Shown here: piece by piece, positions 46,462-55,817 of the stretch | Layout: each line of letters opens with the position of its first letter | How positions within the stretch are numbered: the stretch's first letter is position 1 | Source of the DNA: Myxococcota bacterium | Lineage (GTDB): Bacteria > Myxococcota_A > UBA9160 > JAFDDA01 | DNA length: 64,000 nt | NCBI GenBank assembly: GCA_965228475.1 | Contig: OZ245817.1 | Location: 384,001 to 448,000 of the forward strand | Direction of reading: 5' to 3' | The notes under the pieces: generated by a model | What the model was told of the DNA's origin: nothing | Seen by the model: the letters and a program-made list of their open reading frames with translations, nothing else | Database searches by the model: none | Translations under genes and position numbers: made by a program

Positions 46462-48135
46462 TCAGTCTTCGATGCACCAGACCTGCGAGTTGGCGTTGCA
46501 GCTCGTGTGGTTCCGGTCGAAGATCGGGAAGCTCGGGTCCTCGAACCATCGAGGATTGAACGATGCTCTGCTCCCGTAGTCAGTGGAGGCGTCGCTCGAC
46601 CAGTTCACGCAATTGGACCGGCCCGGTTGGTCGGGCAGGTTCCAGGGTTGGAAGCCGGTGCGGATCCAACCGGCCGCGGTCGCAGGAGGCCCGCTTCCGG
46701 AGTCGGGCACCTGGAACCCCCTCGAGAGGTCGTACTCGAGGTTGGACGGGTACGTGAGCTCGTAGAGGGAGGCCATGTGGAACCCCTCGTCGCAAGCCGT
46801 CAGGGCGAGATCGGCTCCCGCGACCGTATCCGCGGTCAGGTAGTAGCGCTTGCGCAGCACGGGCCGGCAGCGGCCATCGTCGCAGCGGTTGCCGCCGCCC
46901 TCGGTGATCCCGGCGGTGAAGGTCTGGTTGCCGACGAAGCTCACCTGGTTGTCGCGCGTGACGACGCGCTCCGCGCCCGCGCGCCGCGTGATGCCGTCGC
47001 CGCCGACCTCCCAGATCTGCACGCCCGCGACGACGGAGTCCGAGTCGACGGTGATCGCGTTGGTGCTGACGTCGGAGACGCGCACGTCTTCCACGCGCCC
47101 GAACTCGGCCAGGTCGATCCCGTTGCCGACGATGCCGTGCACGCCCCCGTTGCGGACGGTCGTGCCCTCGGCCTGGCTGATGATCGCGACACCGAAGCCG
47201 ATCTGATTGCAGGAGACGTTGCCGCCCACGGCCGTGCAGTCGTTCAGACCCCGCACGTTGTAGCCCCCGAGGTCGATCGTCGTGAACGGGGCGTTCACCG
47301 TGATGGCGATCGGGTCCGCGAGGCCGAGGATCAGGTTGCTCGTGAGCTGGTAGCTCCCGGAGGAGAGGGCGGAGATCTCGACGGGGAAGCCCGGTGCGTC
47401 GCCCGGGAAGCAGCCGGCGATCGCGCAGGCCTGGTCGATGCGCCGCGGCCCGGGGATCTCGGGCTCGGGGACGGGCGGAACCGTCGTGCAGACCGCCCCG
47501 TCGCAGAGGTTGCCGTCCGCCTGGGTCACCGCTCCGTCGATGGGCTCGTCGCCCGCCTGGCTCACGTGGTTGCCCGCGGCGAGGACGCGCACGGCCGACG
47601 CGGCGCCCGTGATGCCGTCGCCGCCCACCTCCCAGACGCGGCTGTTGCGGACGGTCGAGTCCGAGCCCACCTGGATGCCGTCGCCGGAGGCGTCCGTCAC
47701 GCGCACGGACTCGACGTTCGCGTGGTCGATCAGCGCGATCCCGTGGCTGCCCACACCGTGCACGCCGCCGTTGCGCACCGTGGTGCCGGTCGCGCGGCTC
47801 ACGATCCCGATCGTCGCGTTCTGCACGTCACAGCGGACCGCGCCGGCGGTTCCGCTGCAGTCGTTCAGGCCGAGGATGTTGAACCCGTTCAGGTCGATCG
47901 TCACGAAGGGTGCGTCGACCTGGATGGCGCCCGGGTCGCCGGTGCCGAGCACGAGGTTGCTCGTGAGCCGGTAGCTCCCCGAGGAGAGGGCGCCGATCTC
48001 GACCGGGAAGCCCGGCCGGTCGCTCGGGAAGCAGCCCACGGCGACGCAGGACTGGTGGATCTCGCGGACGCCGTCGACGGCCCGGGCCGGTTGAGGGAGG
48101 AAGAGCAGCAGGCAGGCGAGAGCGATCCAGGGCAT
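46462..48135 (-). CDS. Secreted protein: two Cys-capped beta-helix modules plus a C-terminal C-type-lectin-fold-like domain
   Basis: Signal peptide; two GCFPxDxPGFPVEI..SGSYxLTSNL units; C-terminal ALTACDEGFHMASLYE...GWIRTG...NCVNWSS...CNANSQVWCIED. Confidence 0.78.
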   Translation of the reverse strand: MPWIALACLLLFLPQPARAVDGVREIHQSCVAVGCFPSDRPGFPVEIGALSSGSYRLTSNLVLGTGDPGAIQVDAPFVTIDLNGFNILGLNDCSGTAGAVRCDVQNATIGIVSRATGTTVRNGGVHGVGSHGIALIDHANVESVRVTDASGDGIQVGSDSTVRNSRVWEVGGDGITGAASAVRVLAAGNHVSQAGDEPIDGAVTQADGNLCDGAVCTTVPPVPEPEIPGPRRIDQACAIAGCFPGDAPGFPVEISALSSGSYQLTSNLILGLADPIAITVNAPFTTIDLGGYNVRGLNDCTAVGGNVSCNQIGFGVAIISQAEGTTVRNGGVHGIVGNGIDLAEFGRVEDVRVSDVSTNAITVDSDSVVAGVQIWEVGGDGITRRAGAERVVTRDNQVSFVGNQTFTAGITEGGGNRCDDGRCRPVLRKRYYLTADTVAGADLALTACDEGFHMASLYELTYPSNLEYDLSRGFQVPDSGSGPPATAAGWIRTGFQPWNLPDQPGRSNCVNWSSDASTDYGSRASFNPRWFEDPSFPIFDRNHTSCNANSQVWCIED

Positions 48136-48215
48136 GGGCGGCTCCGGGCTGGGCCGCACCGCCCCCCAGGGCAAGCTCGGGCGCGGCCGGTTTCCAGCAC
48201 GCTACGGCTCACGCT

Positions 48216-48240
48216 CCTGAGCTGCGTGAGTTCTCCGTGA
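48216..48240 (-). promoter_or_regulatory. Direct repeats TCACG-N6-TCACG-N4-TCAGG, candidate wHTH regulator site
   Basis: Two TCACG 11 bp apart on the minus strand, upstream of a TAGCGT -10 candidate (48199-48204) and the 48135 start. Confidence 0.4.
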
Positions 48241-48403
48241 TCTCGGGGCTCGGACTCCACGGGACGCCGCGCCCGCTCGCCTCCGCCCGCCCGGAAAACG
48301 CCAAGGGCCGCGGCTTTCCTGACATTTCGCCGTGTCGGCTGCCACGCGCCGCCCGCCCGGGCCCACAGACCCTTTCGAAGCCCACCCTTCGAAGGAGGCC
48401 GCC

Positions 48404-49267
48404 GTGCTCGCTCACCCCCCGCTTCGCTCGCTGTTCCGCTCGCTTCTGGTCCTGGTCTGCCTCACCGTGCCTTTCCTGGCCCAGCCGGCATCCGCCTATT
48501 TCATTCGGCCCTTCATCACCTTCGGCCCCGGCCAGACCACCGACGGCCTGATCGTCGACGGCGCCACCTCGAGCGGCGTCCAGTTCAACGACGCGGCGCG
48601 CTCGGCGCGCTCCTTCGTGGATCTCGAGACCGGCGAGATGGCCCTCTACGCCGAGGGCAGCGGCTCCACCGTCTCGAGCTCCGGCCAGGGCGTCATGGGC
48701 GACACGCTGAACTTCCAGAACGGCATGGGAACCGAGGTGTTCTTCGGCTTCGAGCTCGAGGCCCTGATCGACGTCGAGGTGCTCGCGGACACGCCGGGGC
48801 GCAATTCCTTCGTCTCCTGGTTCGTCGCCATCGCGGTGTTCGAGGCCGGCCTGGTCGACCACACGAACTTCTTCGGCAACGCCCAGCAGGACGACCCCGA
48901 GGACATCGCCCCGCTCTTCTACGCCGAGGACGGCGGCGACTTCAACAACCCCTCCGAGGACATCTTCGGCGCCGACGTCTTCGCCTCCGTCGACGGGTCC
49001 ATCCTCCTCGAGAGCAACAACGAGACCGTGGACGTCTTCTACCTCGCCCGCCTCTCCGGCATCTCGAACGAAGAGCTGAACTTCTACCTGCTGGACGGCG
49101 AGAACACCGCGGCCGCGTTCGTCGACGTCGACCCGGGCGTGGAGGTCGGCTCCGGCTCCGGCGTCTTCCTCGGCTTCCCGCACATCGTCCCGGAGCCCGG
49201 CCCGGCCGCACTGCTCGCGGGCGCCTGGCTGTTGGCGTTCGGGCTGGGGCGCCGCGGCGGGCGCTAG
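48404..49267 (+). CDS. PEP-CTERM sorting-domain protein
   Basis: AAGGAGG RBS + GTG; signal peptide; VPEPGPAALLAGAWLLAFGLGRRGGR C-terminus. Confidence 0.9.
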   Translation: MLAHPPLRSLFRSLLVLVCLTVPFLAQPASAYFIRPFITFGPGQTTDGLIVDGATSSGVQFNDAARSARSFVDLETGEMALYAEGSGSTVSSSGQGVMGDTLNFQNGMGTEVFFGFELEALIDVEVLADTPGRNSFVSWFVAIAVFEAGLVDHTNFFGNAQQDDPEDIAPLFYAEDGGDFNNPSEDIFGADVFASVDGSILLESNNETVDVFYLARLSGISNEELNFYLLDGENTAAAFVDVDPGVEVGSGSGVFLGFPHIVPEPGPAALLAGAWLLAFGLGRRGGR

Positions 49268-50742
49268 CGCGAGATCGCCGGGTCGACCGCGATCTGTTTC
49301 GCGACCAGCGCGTTCAGCATCTGCTGGAAGACCTGGGCATCCTGGTTGACGTCGCTTCCGCTCGAGGCACCGATCACCGTCGCCGGGACGTTCCGCTTGG
49401 CGTAGGCCTCGGCCCAGGCCCCGTGCACCTCGACCAGCGCATCGAGCTTCGGCTGGAGCGCATCGTCCGCTTCGATGGCCTTGCGGCGCTTGTAGGCGTC
49501 GGCGTCGGCGATGGTCTTGATGCGCGTGGCTTCGAGGCTCGCGGTCTGGACACGGATCTCCTCGGCCTGCTTCTCGAGGTCCGCCTGCTCGAGTTCCTTC
49601 TGGCGCGCGATCACGGCGATCTTCTTCTCGGTCTCGGCGGCGATCGTCTGCTGGGTTTGTTTGGCGGTCTCGGCCGCGCGGTTCTCCGCAACCTTCTTCT
49701 GGCCCTCGGCTTCGGCGGCCTCGGCCTCGAGCAGCGAAGCCCTGCGCAGGTTCTCGGCCAGGGCGGCGCGCGCCTCCGCGTCGCGCTGCTTGGCGATCAG
49801 ATCGCGGACCTTCTTCTCCGGGTTCACGTAGGTGATGCGGGCCGTCACGATGTCGAGCTGGTAGCGCTCGACGTCCGGGAGGCCGAGGCGCACGATCGCT
49901 CCGCTCGCGTCGCGCTGGATCTCGACCGTTTCGATGATGGTTCGCCCCTGCGGGTCGATGCGTACGCGCCCTGCGAAGGACTGTGCGCCCTCCACCTGCA
50001 TTCCCGTCGAGCCGGGTTCTTCGGGGGTGGCTCGCTCGACGATCTCTTCGCGCACGGCAGTCCGGTAGAGGCCCGCTCGGAGCTGATCCGCGAAGTAGTC
50101 CTCGAAGTCGCTCCCGCGCTTGGTGATGTACTCCTGGATGGACATGAGGCGAGCGGACGCCAGCGCCGAAGCGCGAAAGGAGCTTCGCAGGACGTTGTCG
50201 ACCAGGGCCTCGTCGCTCCCGAACTCCCGGTGGATCCGCAGCATGCCCGTTTCGTCGAGCGGGAGCGCAACGCGAATGACGCCGTAGACCCTCGCCTTGG
50301 CCGCATCGTTGAAGCGCACCACCGGCGGGTGGATCGATCCCGTGACGGTCGTCCCGCTCCCGCGGTCTTCGACGGCCATCGTGCTGGCGTCGTCGGACTC
50401 CTCACGTCCCTGGTCCACGCGCTCCGAGACGAAAGCCGGGGTTGCGACGGCGACCACGCGATCATACTCGTAGACCCGGCCGAAGAGCTTGTTCGTGATT
50501 CCGGGTTCGGCCACGACGAGCAGGCGGCCGGTCGGCCACTGGACGACGTAGATCTTGTCGGCGTTCGCGATGAAGAACATGCCCGTGAGCATCACGTACC
50601 CGGCTATGGCGAACAGCATCGACGCGAGCAGGACGGACACGTAGGTCTTGCCCTCGGCCGTCTGGATGAAGCGGAACGGCTTGAACCAGATGAGCCCCAG
50701 GCCGATGAACACCGCGAGCGCGGAAACCATCAACGAACCCAT
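49264..50742 (-). CDS. SPFH (band 7/flotillin-like) membrane protein with coiled-coil C-terminus
   Basis: Two N-terminal TMs, VRFNDAAKA..YGVIRVALP..MLRIHREFGS, FEDYFADQLRAGLY, AEA/EK-rich coiled coil. Confidence 0.75.
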   Translation of the reverse strand: MGSLMVSALAVFIGLGLIWFKPFRFIQTAEGKTYVSVLLASMLFAIAGYVMLTGMFFIANADKIYVVQWPTGRLLVVAEPGITNKLFGRVYEYDRVVAVATPAFVSERVDQGREESDDASTMAVEDRGSGTTVTGSIHPPVVRFNDAAKARVYGVIRVALPLDETGMLRIHREFGSDEALVDNVLRSSFRASALASARLMSIQEYITKRGSDFEDYFADQLRAGLYRTAVREEIVERATPEEPGSTGMQVEGAQSFAGRVRIDPQGRTIIETVEIQRDASGAIVRLGLPDVERYQLDIVTARITYVNPEKKVRDLIAKQRDAEARAALAENLRRASLLEAEAAEAEGQKKVAENRAAETAKQTQQTIAAETEKKIAVIARQKELEQADLEKQAEEIRVQTASLEATRIKTIADADAYKRRKAIEADDALQPKLDALVEVHGAWAEAYAKRNVPATVIGASSGSDVNQDAQVFQQMLNALVAKQIAVDPAISR

Positions 50743-50844
50743 GTGTCCCTCCCTACGGTTTCGCGCGATTCTACGCTCGCGCCGCCGCGGGGTGGGACTT
50801 TCCTTCGAGGCCGCTACGACGCGAGGCGACGCGCTCGGGCAGCG

Positions 50845-51732
50845 TCAGAGCCCGAGCTCGCTCCGCTTCCGCGGCTGTTCCTCCCGCGGTGCCTGGCTGT
50901 AGTCGCCGAAGGGTCCGTCGCGGCGGATGATGGCTTCGCGCACGCCCCCGCTCGCGGCGACGCGCACGAACTCGCGGCCCTCGGGCGTGTTGCGCATGAT
51001 GCCGTCGAGGATCGGGCCGAGGGTCTGGGTGCTCTGGAGACCCATGTTGTCGTGGGCCTGGTTCACGATCAGCTTCATCGCGACGAGCTGGGTGAGCGGG
51101 ATGGTCACGAGCTTCTCGGCGAGCTTCTGGACCTCGGCATCGAGTTCCTCGAGCGGGTACGAGAAGTTGATCAGCTCGATCGCGGCGGCCTCCTTGCCGC
51201 TCACCCATTCGCCCGTGAGCGCGTAGTACTTGGCCTTGGCGAGGCCGAGCCGCTGGATCCACATGCCGGTCAGGTGGCAGCCCCAGACGCGCGCATAGGG
51301 GGTTCCGATGCGCGCGCAGTCCGAGGCGATCACCAGGTCCGCGCAAAGGGCCATCTCGGAGCCGCCGCCCACGCAGTAGCCGTGGATCTTCGCGATCGTC
51401 GGCTTCCCGCCGCGCCAGAGGCCCATGAAGCTCCGGATGTAGGTCGTGTACTGGTTCGTCACCATGTCGACGTCGAGGCCCGGGTCGTAGCCCTCTTCCT
51501 GGAGGTTCCCGTAGTGCTCGAGGCCGCCCGAGAAATCGAAGCCGCCGCAGAAGTTGTCGCCGGCGCCTTCGAGGACGATGACCTTCACCTCGGGGTCGCG
51601 GTTCGCTTCGCTGAGCCGTGCGTCGAGGCCCTCGATCACCTCCATGCGCAGCGTGTTCGCCTTGGCCGGGCGGTTGAGCGTGATCGTGGCAATGCCCTGG
51701 TTCTTCGAGTAGAGGACGACGTCTTCGGACAT
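50845..51732 (-). CDS. Enoyl-CoA hydratase/crotonase family
   Basis: ATITLNRPAKANTL, FCGGFDF, KPTIAKIHGYCVGGGSEMALCADL. Confidence 0.93.
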   Translation of the reverse strand: MSEDVVLYSKNQGIATITLNRPAKANTLRMEVIEGLDARLSEANRDPEVKVIVLEGAGDNFCGGFDFSGGLEHYGNLQEEGYDPGLDVDMVTNQYTTYIRSFMGLWRGGKPTIAKIHGYCVGGGSEMALCADLVIASDCARIGTPYARVWGCHLTGMWIQRLGLAKAKYYALTGEWVSGKEAAAIELINFSYPLEELDAEVQKLAEKLVTIPLTQLVAMKLIVNQAHDNMGLQSTQTLGPILDGIMRNTPEGREFVRVAASGGVREAIIRRDGPFGDYSQAPREEQPRKRSELGL

Positions 51733-51748
51733 GGGGTCTCCTTGGGAG

Positions 51749-52372
51749 TCAGGGGGTGAAGGGTTCGCGGGTGGGGAGGCCGAGGGCCCCTGCGATGAGG
51801 CCCCAGAGCTGGGCGGTGAGTACGCTCGCCTCCGGCGGCTTGTCCGACTGGAAGGCCTGGCGTGCCGCCTGGCTGATCGCGCCGATGATCGCGGCGGCCG
51901 CGACGCCGGCGTCGATCGTCTCGGCGATGTCGCCGGCCCTCTGGCCGAGTTCGATGTTGCGGCGCGCGAGGTCGATCAGCTCGTCCTGCCGCGCGCTCTC
52001 GAGCCCCGCGACCTGTACGGTCCGCCCCATGCGCCCCAGGACGATCGGCGCGAGCGGCTCTCCGTAGAGGAAGGCGAGCCAGGCCTGCAGGCGCTCGAAC
52101 TCGCGCTCGGGCCAGGGGCGCGCGCCGTCGAGGGGGCGGTTCACGACCGCCGAGTAGCGGTCGTAGAAGTCGTCGATCACGGCGGAGAGCGCGCCGGCCT
52201 TCGAACCGAAGTAGTGGTACGGGAGGCCGTCCGAGACGCCCGCCCGCTGGGCCAGGGCACTCATCTCGAAGTCACCGCCGCCGGCGAGGAGGGCCTCGGT
52301 GGCCGCCTCGAGCAGGCGGCCGCGGGTCGCCTCGCTCTTCTTCGGCTTCGATTTCGTCCGTGCCGGGCTCAA
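51749..52372 (-). CDS. TetR/AcrR family regulator
   Basis: TRGRLLEAA...LAQRAGVSDGLPYHYFGSK; GAGGAG RBS before TTG. Confidence 0.9.
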   Translation of the reverse strand: MSPARTKSKPKKSEATRGRLLEAATEALLAGGGDFEMSALAQRAGVSDGLPYHYFGSKAGALSAVIDDFYDRYSAVVNRPLDGARPWPEREFERLQAWLAFLYGEPLAPIVLGRMGRTVQVAGLESARQDELIDLARRNIELGQRAGDIAETIDAGVAAAAIIGAISQAARQAFQSDKPPEASVLTAQLWGLIAGALGLPTREPFTP

Positions 52373-52402
52373 GGCGGCTCCTCGTTGGGATGCGCCCTGT
52401 GT

Positions 52403-52423
52403 ACCTCAATATTGAGTTGAGGT
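52403..52423. promoter_or_regulatory. Inverted repeat ACCTCAA-N7-TTGAGGT (contains perfect CTCAATATTGAG), probable TetR operator
   Basis: AT-rich palindrome in the divergent tetR/DUF1993 intergenic region. Confidence 0.7.
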
Positions 52424-52498
52424 CAAATAAACATGAGCGAGGCCTCCAGAACGGGCCTAGGCTCCGGCCAACCGAGCCGCGCCCTACCAGGGGAGCCC

Positions 52499-53017
52499 AT
52501 GTCCGTTTCGTTCTACGACCTTACCGTCGGCAGCTACCTCCAGATCGTCGAAGCCTTCGCGGGGGTGCTCCAGAAGGGCGCCGACCACTTCGCCGCCGAG
52601 GGCATCGACCTCGGCGAGGTCGTCGAGGCGCGGCTCATCCCGGACATGGCGAACTTCCACTTCCAGGCGACGAGCGTCACCCACCACTCCCTCGGCGCGG
52701 TGAACGCCTTCAAGACGGGCGAGTTCGGCCCGCCGAGCTTCGAACCCTGCGACTACGCCGCGCTCCAGGCGATGACGGCATCGACGCTCGACGAACTGAA
52801 GGCGCAGAAGCGCGACGAGATCGATGCGCTTGGCGAAGGCAGCGTCATCTTCAAGCTCGGCGGAAACGAGATCCCCTTCACCGCGCAGAACTTCGCGCTC
52901 TCCTTCTCCGTCCCGAACTTCTACTTCCACACGACCACGGCCTACGACATCCTCCGCATGAAGGGCGTCCCGATCGGGAAGCGCGACTACCTGGGCGCGA
53001 TGAAGGTGGGGGCCTAG
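52499..53017 (+). CDS. DUF1993 family protein
   Basis: SFYDLTV, ARLIPDM, SVPNFYFHTTTAYDILRMKGVPIGKRDYLG. Confidence 0.92.
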   Translation: MSVSFYDLTVGSYLQIVEAFAGVLQKGADHFAAEGIDLGEVVEARLIPDMANFHFQATSVTHHSLGAVNAFKTGEFGPPSFEPCDYAALQAMTASTLDELKAQKRDEIDALGEGSVIFKLGGNEIPFTAQNFALSFSVPNFYFHTTTAYDILRMKGVPIGKRDYLGAMKVGA

Positions 53018-53121
53018 CGGCCCCCGACCGGGCACTGGTGCGATTCGCCCCATTGACGACGGCCCTCGGCGGCACGATGCCTTCCTCATGGGCGGCGCGC
53101 GTGTCGCCCGAGGAGGGCCGC

Positions 53122-53397
53122 ATGGGTCGTGAAGTCCGTCTGTTCAAGAGCGAGGAGCGTAAGAGCCGCAAGGAGGTCGTGGCGTTCCTGCGCCAGATCG
53201 CCGACAAGCTCGACGGCGGGGAGCTGGTGCTGCGCCTCGGCGCGGAGGAGCTCCGCCTCGAGGTGCCGGAGGGTCTGGTTCTCGAACTCCAGGCCGAGGA
53301 CGAGGACAAGGGCGAGCGTGGAACGCAGCACAGCCTCGAGATCGAGCTCAAGTGGTTCGACGGCGACGCGGGTGCCGCCACGGTGGAGATCGGCTGA
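53122..53397 (+). CDS. Amphi-Trp domain protein
   Basis: SRKEVVAFLRQIADKL...SLEIELKW; GAGGAGG RBS. Confidence 0.85.
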   Translation: MGREVRLFKSEERKSRKEVVAFLRQIADKLDGGELVLRLGAEELRLEVPEGLVLELQAEDEDKGERGTQHSLEIELKWFDGDAGAATVEIG

Positions 53398-53454
53398 GCC
53401 ACGTCGCCGCCCGTCCGACGCGATGACGCCGGGGCCGCCCGGTATGATTCCCGG

Positions 53455-54531
53455 ATGGGAACCGTCCGCCCGCGCGATTTTGGAGCCTTCCTCTCCCAGG
53501 TTCCGGGGTTCCTGGGCCGCTTCCACGCCCCGCCGCGCGAACTCGACGGCGCACCGCTCGACGGTGCCTTCTCGAACCGCGAGGGTGCCCCTCCCGACCT
53601 CTACGGCGCAGCCGATGCGGCCTATGCGCTGTGGATCCTCGGTGAACTCTCGGAGCGCACGGACCCGGCGAGCCGGAAGGTCTGGGCCGAGCGCATTCGA
53701 GAACACCAGAACCCGGAAACGGGTTGGTTCGACCGCTCGATCCTCGCGGGCCACGGTGCGCCCCATGCGACCGCTTTCGCGACCGGCGCGTTGGCCTTGC
53801 TCGGCGCGGAACCAGCCCATCCGCTGCGCTACGCGGAAGCCCTGTTCGGGAGCCGCGCGCGGATCGAGCGCTGGCTCGAAGGGTTCGGCTGGCAGCAGAT
53901 CTGGACCGGCTCCCACGCGGCGGGTGCCGCGGCGGCACTGATCGACGCTCCGCGCGGCGTCGCCCTCGGCGGCGGTTGGCTCGGTGCGGTTCTCGACGCC
54001 CTCGAGGCGCGCATCGACCCCGCGACCGGGTTCTGGAAGCGCGCCTGGCACGACCGGCTCTGGCGAAGGCCGACGCCCCTCGACCTCGGAGGCGCGGCGC
54101 ACTTCTGGTGGCTCCTCGAGCGCGGCGGCCGTCCGCTTCCTCACGCCGACCGGGTGCTCGACGGAATCCTCGGCCTGCAGCGAAGCGACGGGCTATGGGG
54201 AAGCCGCTGGTTCGGCGGCGCCTACCCGCACGGTCTCGACTTCGACGCCCTGCACGGGCTCCGGCGCGCCTGGCTCGACGCCACCCCCGCCGCGAGCGAG
54301 CCGCGGCGTGCGCGCCTGGCCGAATGCCTCGTGCGCTACGCGGATGCTGCGCACGCCTTCCTCACACCGCCGGGTGCCGTGGCGCGCTGGTTCCGCACGC
54401 CCCACAAACTCGTCGGCACCCTCGACGCCCTCGCAGAGCTCGAGCGCGCCGCCCGCGTCGTTCTCGGGTCTTCCCTCGTCACGACGCCGCGGCCCCTGCG
54501 AAGCGCGCTCGAACGGGTGAGCTGGCAGTAG
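53455..54531 (+). CDS. Hypothetical protein, possible alpha/alpha-toroid (prenyltransferase-like repeats)
   Basis: QNPETGWF, IDPATGFW, LQRSDGLW resemble QW-like repeats; TATGAT-N6-ATG. Confidence 0.55.
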   Translation: MGTVRPRDFGAFLSQVPGFLGRFHAPPRELDGAPLDGAFSNREGAPPDLYGAADAAYALWILGELSERTDPASRKVWAERIREHQNPETGWFDRSILAGHGAPHATAFATGALALLGAEPAHPLRYAEALFGSRARIERWLEGFGWQQIWTGSHAAGAAAALIDAPRGVALGGGWLGAVLDALEARIDPATGFWKRAWHDRLWRRPTPLDLGGAAHFWWLLERGGRPLPHADRVLDGILGLQRSDGLWGSRWFGGAYPHGLDFDALHGLRRAWLDATPAASEPRRARLAECLVRYADAAHAFLTPPGAVARWFRTPHKLVGTLDALAELERAARVVLGSSLVTTPRPLRSALERVSWQ

Positions 54532-54601
54532 GCAGTAGGGCGGAGTCGCCCGGGCGAGGCTCGGTTGCGGGCGAGCCCCGCCCGGACGAAGGGCGTGCGC
54601 G

Positions 54602-55465
54602 CTAGGCGCGGCGGCGGCCGATCGCGGCCGCTCCCACGAGCAGGAGCAGCGCCGTCGTGGGCTCCGGAACCACGTTCAGGCTCCACGAAGCGTGGATTCC
54701 GTCGTTCAGCGGGCTGCGGCCCCAGGTGCTGTAGTCGTCGCCGACCGTGCTGGAGAGGAAGCCGAAGAAGTCCATCACGTCGTCGACCCCGAAGAGACAG
54801 GCCGCCTCATCGCCGGAGTTGAAGATGCTGGTGCTCTCCGACCAGGCGTCGCAGTCGAGCTGGAAGCGGTAGGTCACCGTCTGGTCGCCCGTCCCCGACG
54901 TCGAGAACAGGGCGTCCGCGTCGATCACGGCCGAGTTCCCCGAGCCGACGAGGTTCCCGATGTTCAGCGTTGCAGCGTTGCCGATCCCGACCTCGTCCAC
55001 CGTCAGGGCCGAGACGTCCGCCGTGCCCGAGCCGTTGTGGTTGTCGTGGACGCCGATCAAGCCGTCGATCTCGACGCTTCCGTCGAGCGTCCAGGCGGCG
55101 CCGCCCGTCCCCGCGATCGTGAGGGTGATGCTGTAGTCGAGCTCACCGCGCTCCCACTCGTCGTTCGCCAGGGCCGAATCCGCTGCCACGGCGAACTGCG
55201 AAACGAACGTGGCCGTCGTTCCGCTGGCGTTCGCTGAGTCGGTCATCTGGAACGCGTTGTTGTCGGCGAGGTTCCCCGCTTCGAAGCAGGGGTCGACGTT
55301 CTGGTTCCCGATGTAGGGGGCGTCGTTGTTGTTGGGGTCGTTGTTGTTGTTGCTCTGGTGGCAGATGCTGTTGTTGGTGACCGAGATGCCGAGCGTTGCC
55401 GCCCCGGCCGGCGTAGCGATCGCTGCAACCAGAACGATCGATCCAAACCATGCGAACCGTTTCAT
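54602..55465 (-). CDS. PEP-CTERM sorting-domain protein (Asn/Asp-rich)
   Basis: Signal peptide; VPEPTTALLLLVGAAAIGRRRA. Confidence 0.92.
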   Translation of the reverse strand: MKRFAWFGSIVLVAAIATPAGAATLGISVTNNSICHQSNNNNDPNNNDAPYIGNQNVDPCFEAGNLADNNAFQMTDSANASGTTATFVSQFAVAADSALANDEWERGELDYSITLTIAGTGGAAWTLDGSVEIDGLIGVHDNHNGSGTADVSALTVDEVGIGNAATLNIGNLVGSGNSAVIDADALFSTSGTGDQTVTYRFQLDCDAWSESTSIFNSGDEAACLFGVDDVMDFFGFLSSTVGDDYSTWGRSPLNDGIHASWSLNVVPEPTTALLLLVGAAAIGRRRA

Positions 55466-55520
55466 TGCGAATCCTTCCCTTTCCCAAGCCGGCGCGAAGC
55501 CGGCGAATCATGGGTGGATT

Positions 55521-55536
55521 TGCAATCAACATGCCG
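55521..55536 (-). promoter_or_regulatory. Sigma-54 (-24/-12) promoter CGGCATGTTGATTGCA
   Basis: GG-N10-GC with TTGCA, 55 bp upstream of a PEP-CTERM start. Confidence 0.7.
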
Positions 55537-55760
55537 CGGACGAGGTTTCGGAGTCGCACGTTCCCATCGCGATCGCAGAGATGATTCGTTCGACGAAGCG
55601 ACGCGTTGTATGGCGGATTGGACCGGGCGTTCTCGAAACGATCGCTTCGCGAACCGAAGTGCTGTGAGACGCGACGGAACGCGTCAACTCACTTCGAGAA
55701 AGGGATTTCCAAACCAGCATGACCGTTACGGTCTGTGAGGCGAACCGAAGGCTGGAACGA

Positions 55761-55794
55761 GAAGCGCCCCGGACCGTAGGGTCCGAGGCGCCTC
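55761..55794 (-). terminator. Stem-loop downstream of PEP-CTERM gene 55818..56483
   Basis: 15-bp stem (2 GU pairs) GAGGCGCCTCGGACC-CTAC-GGTCCGGGGCGCTTC; weak U-tail. Confidence 0.5.
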
Positions 55795-55817
55795 GAGGGT
55801 CGCGTTCGCAACGACGG

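Noticed and set aside
46462..46700. Diversity-generating retroelement
   Set aside because: No reverse transcriptase, accessory gene or template repeat in the window
48250..48400. c-di-GMP or other riboswitch upstream of the PEP-CTERM gene
   Set aside because: No GGCAAA/GAAA/GACGCAAAGC core is recognisable; an Infernal/Rfam scan would be needed
55324..55351. (GTT)n microsatellite as a phase-variation tract
   Set aside because: Short in-frame triplets encoding an Asn-rich loop; slippage would not shift the frame
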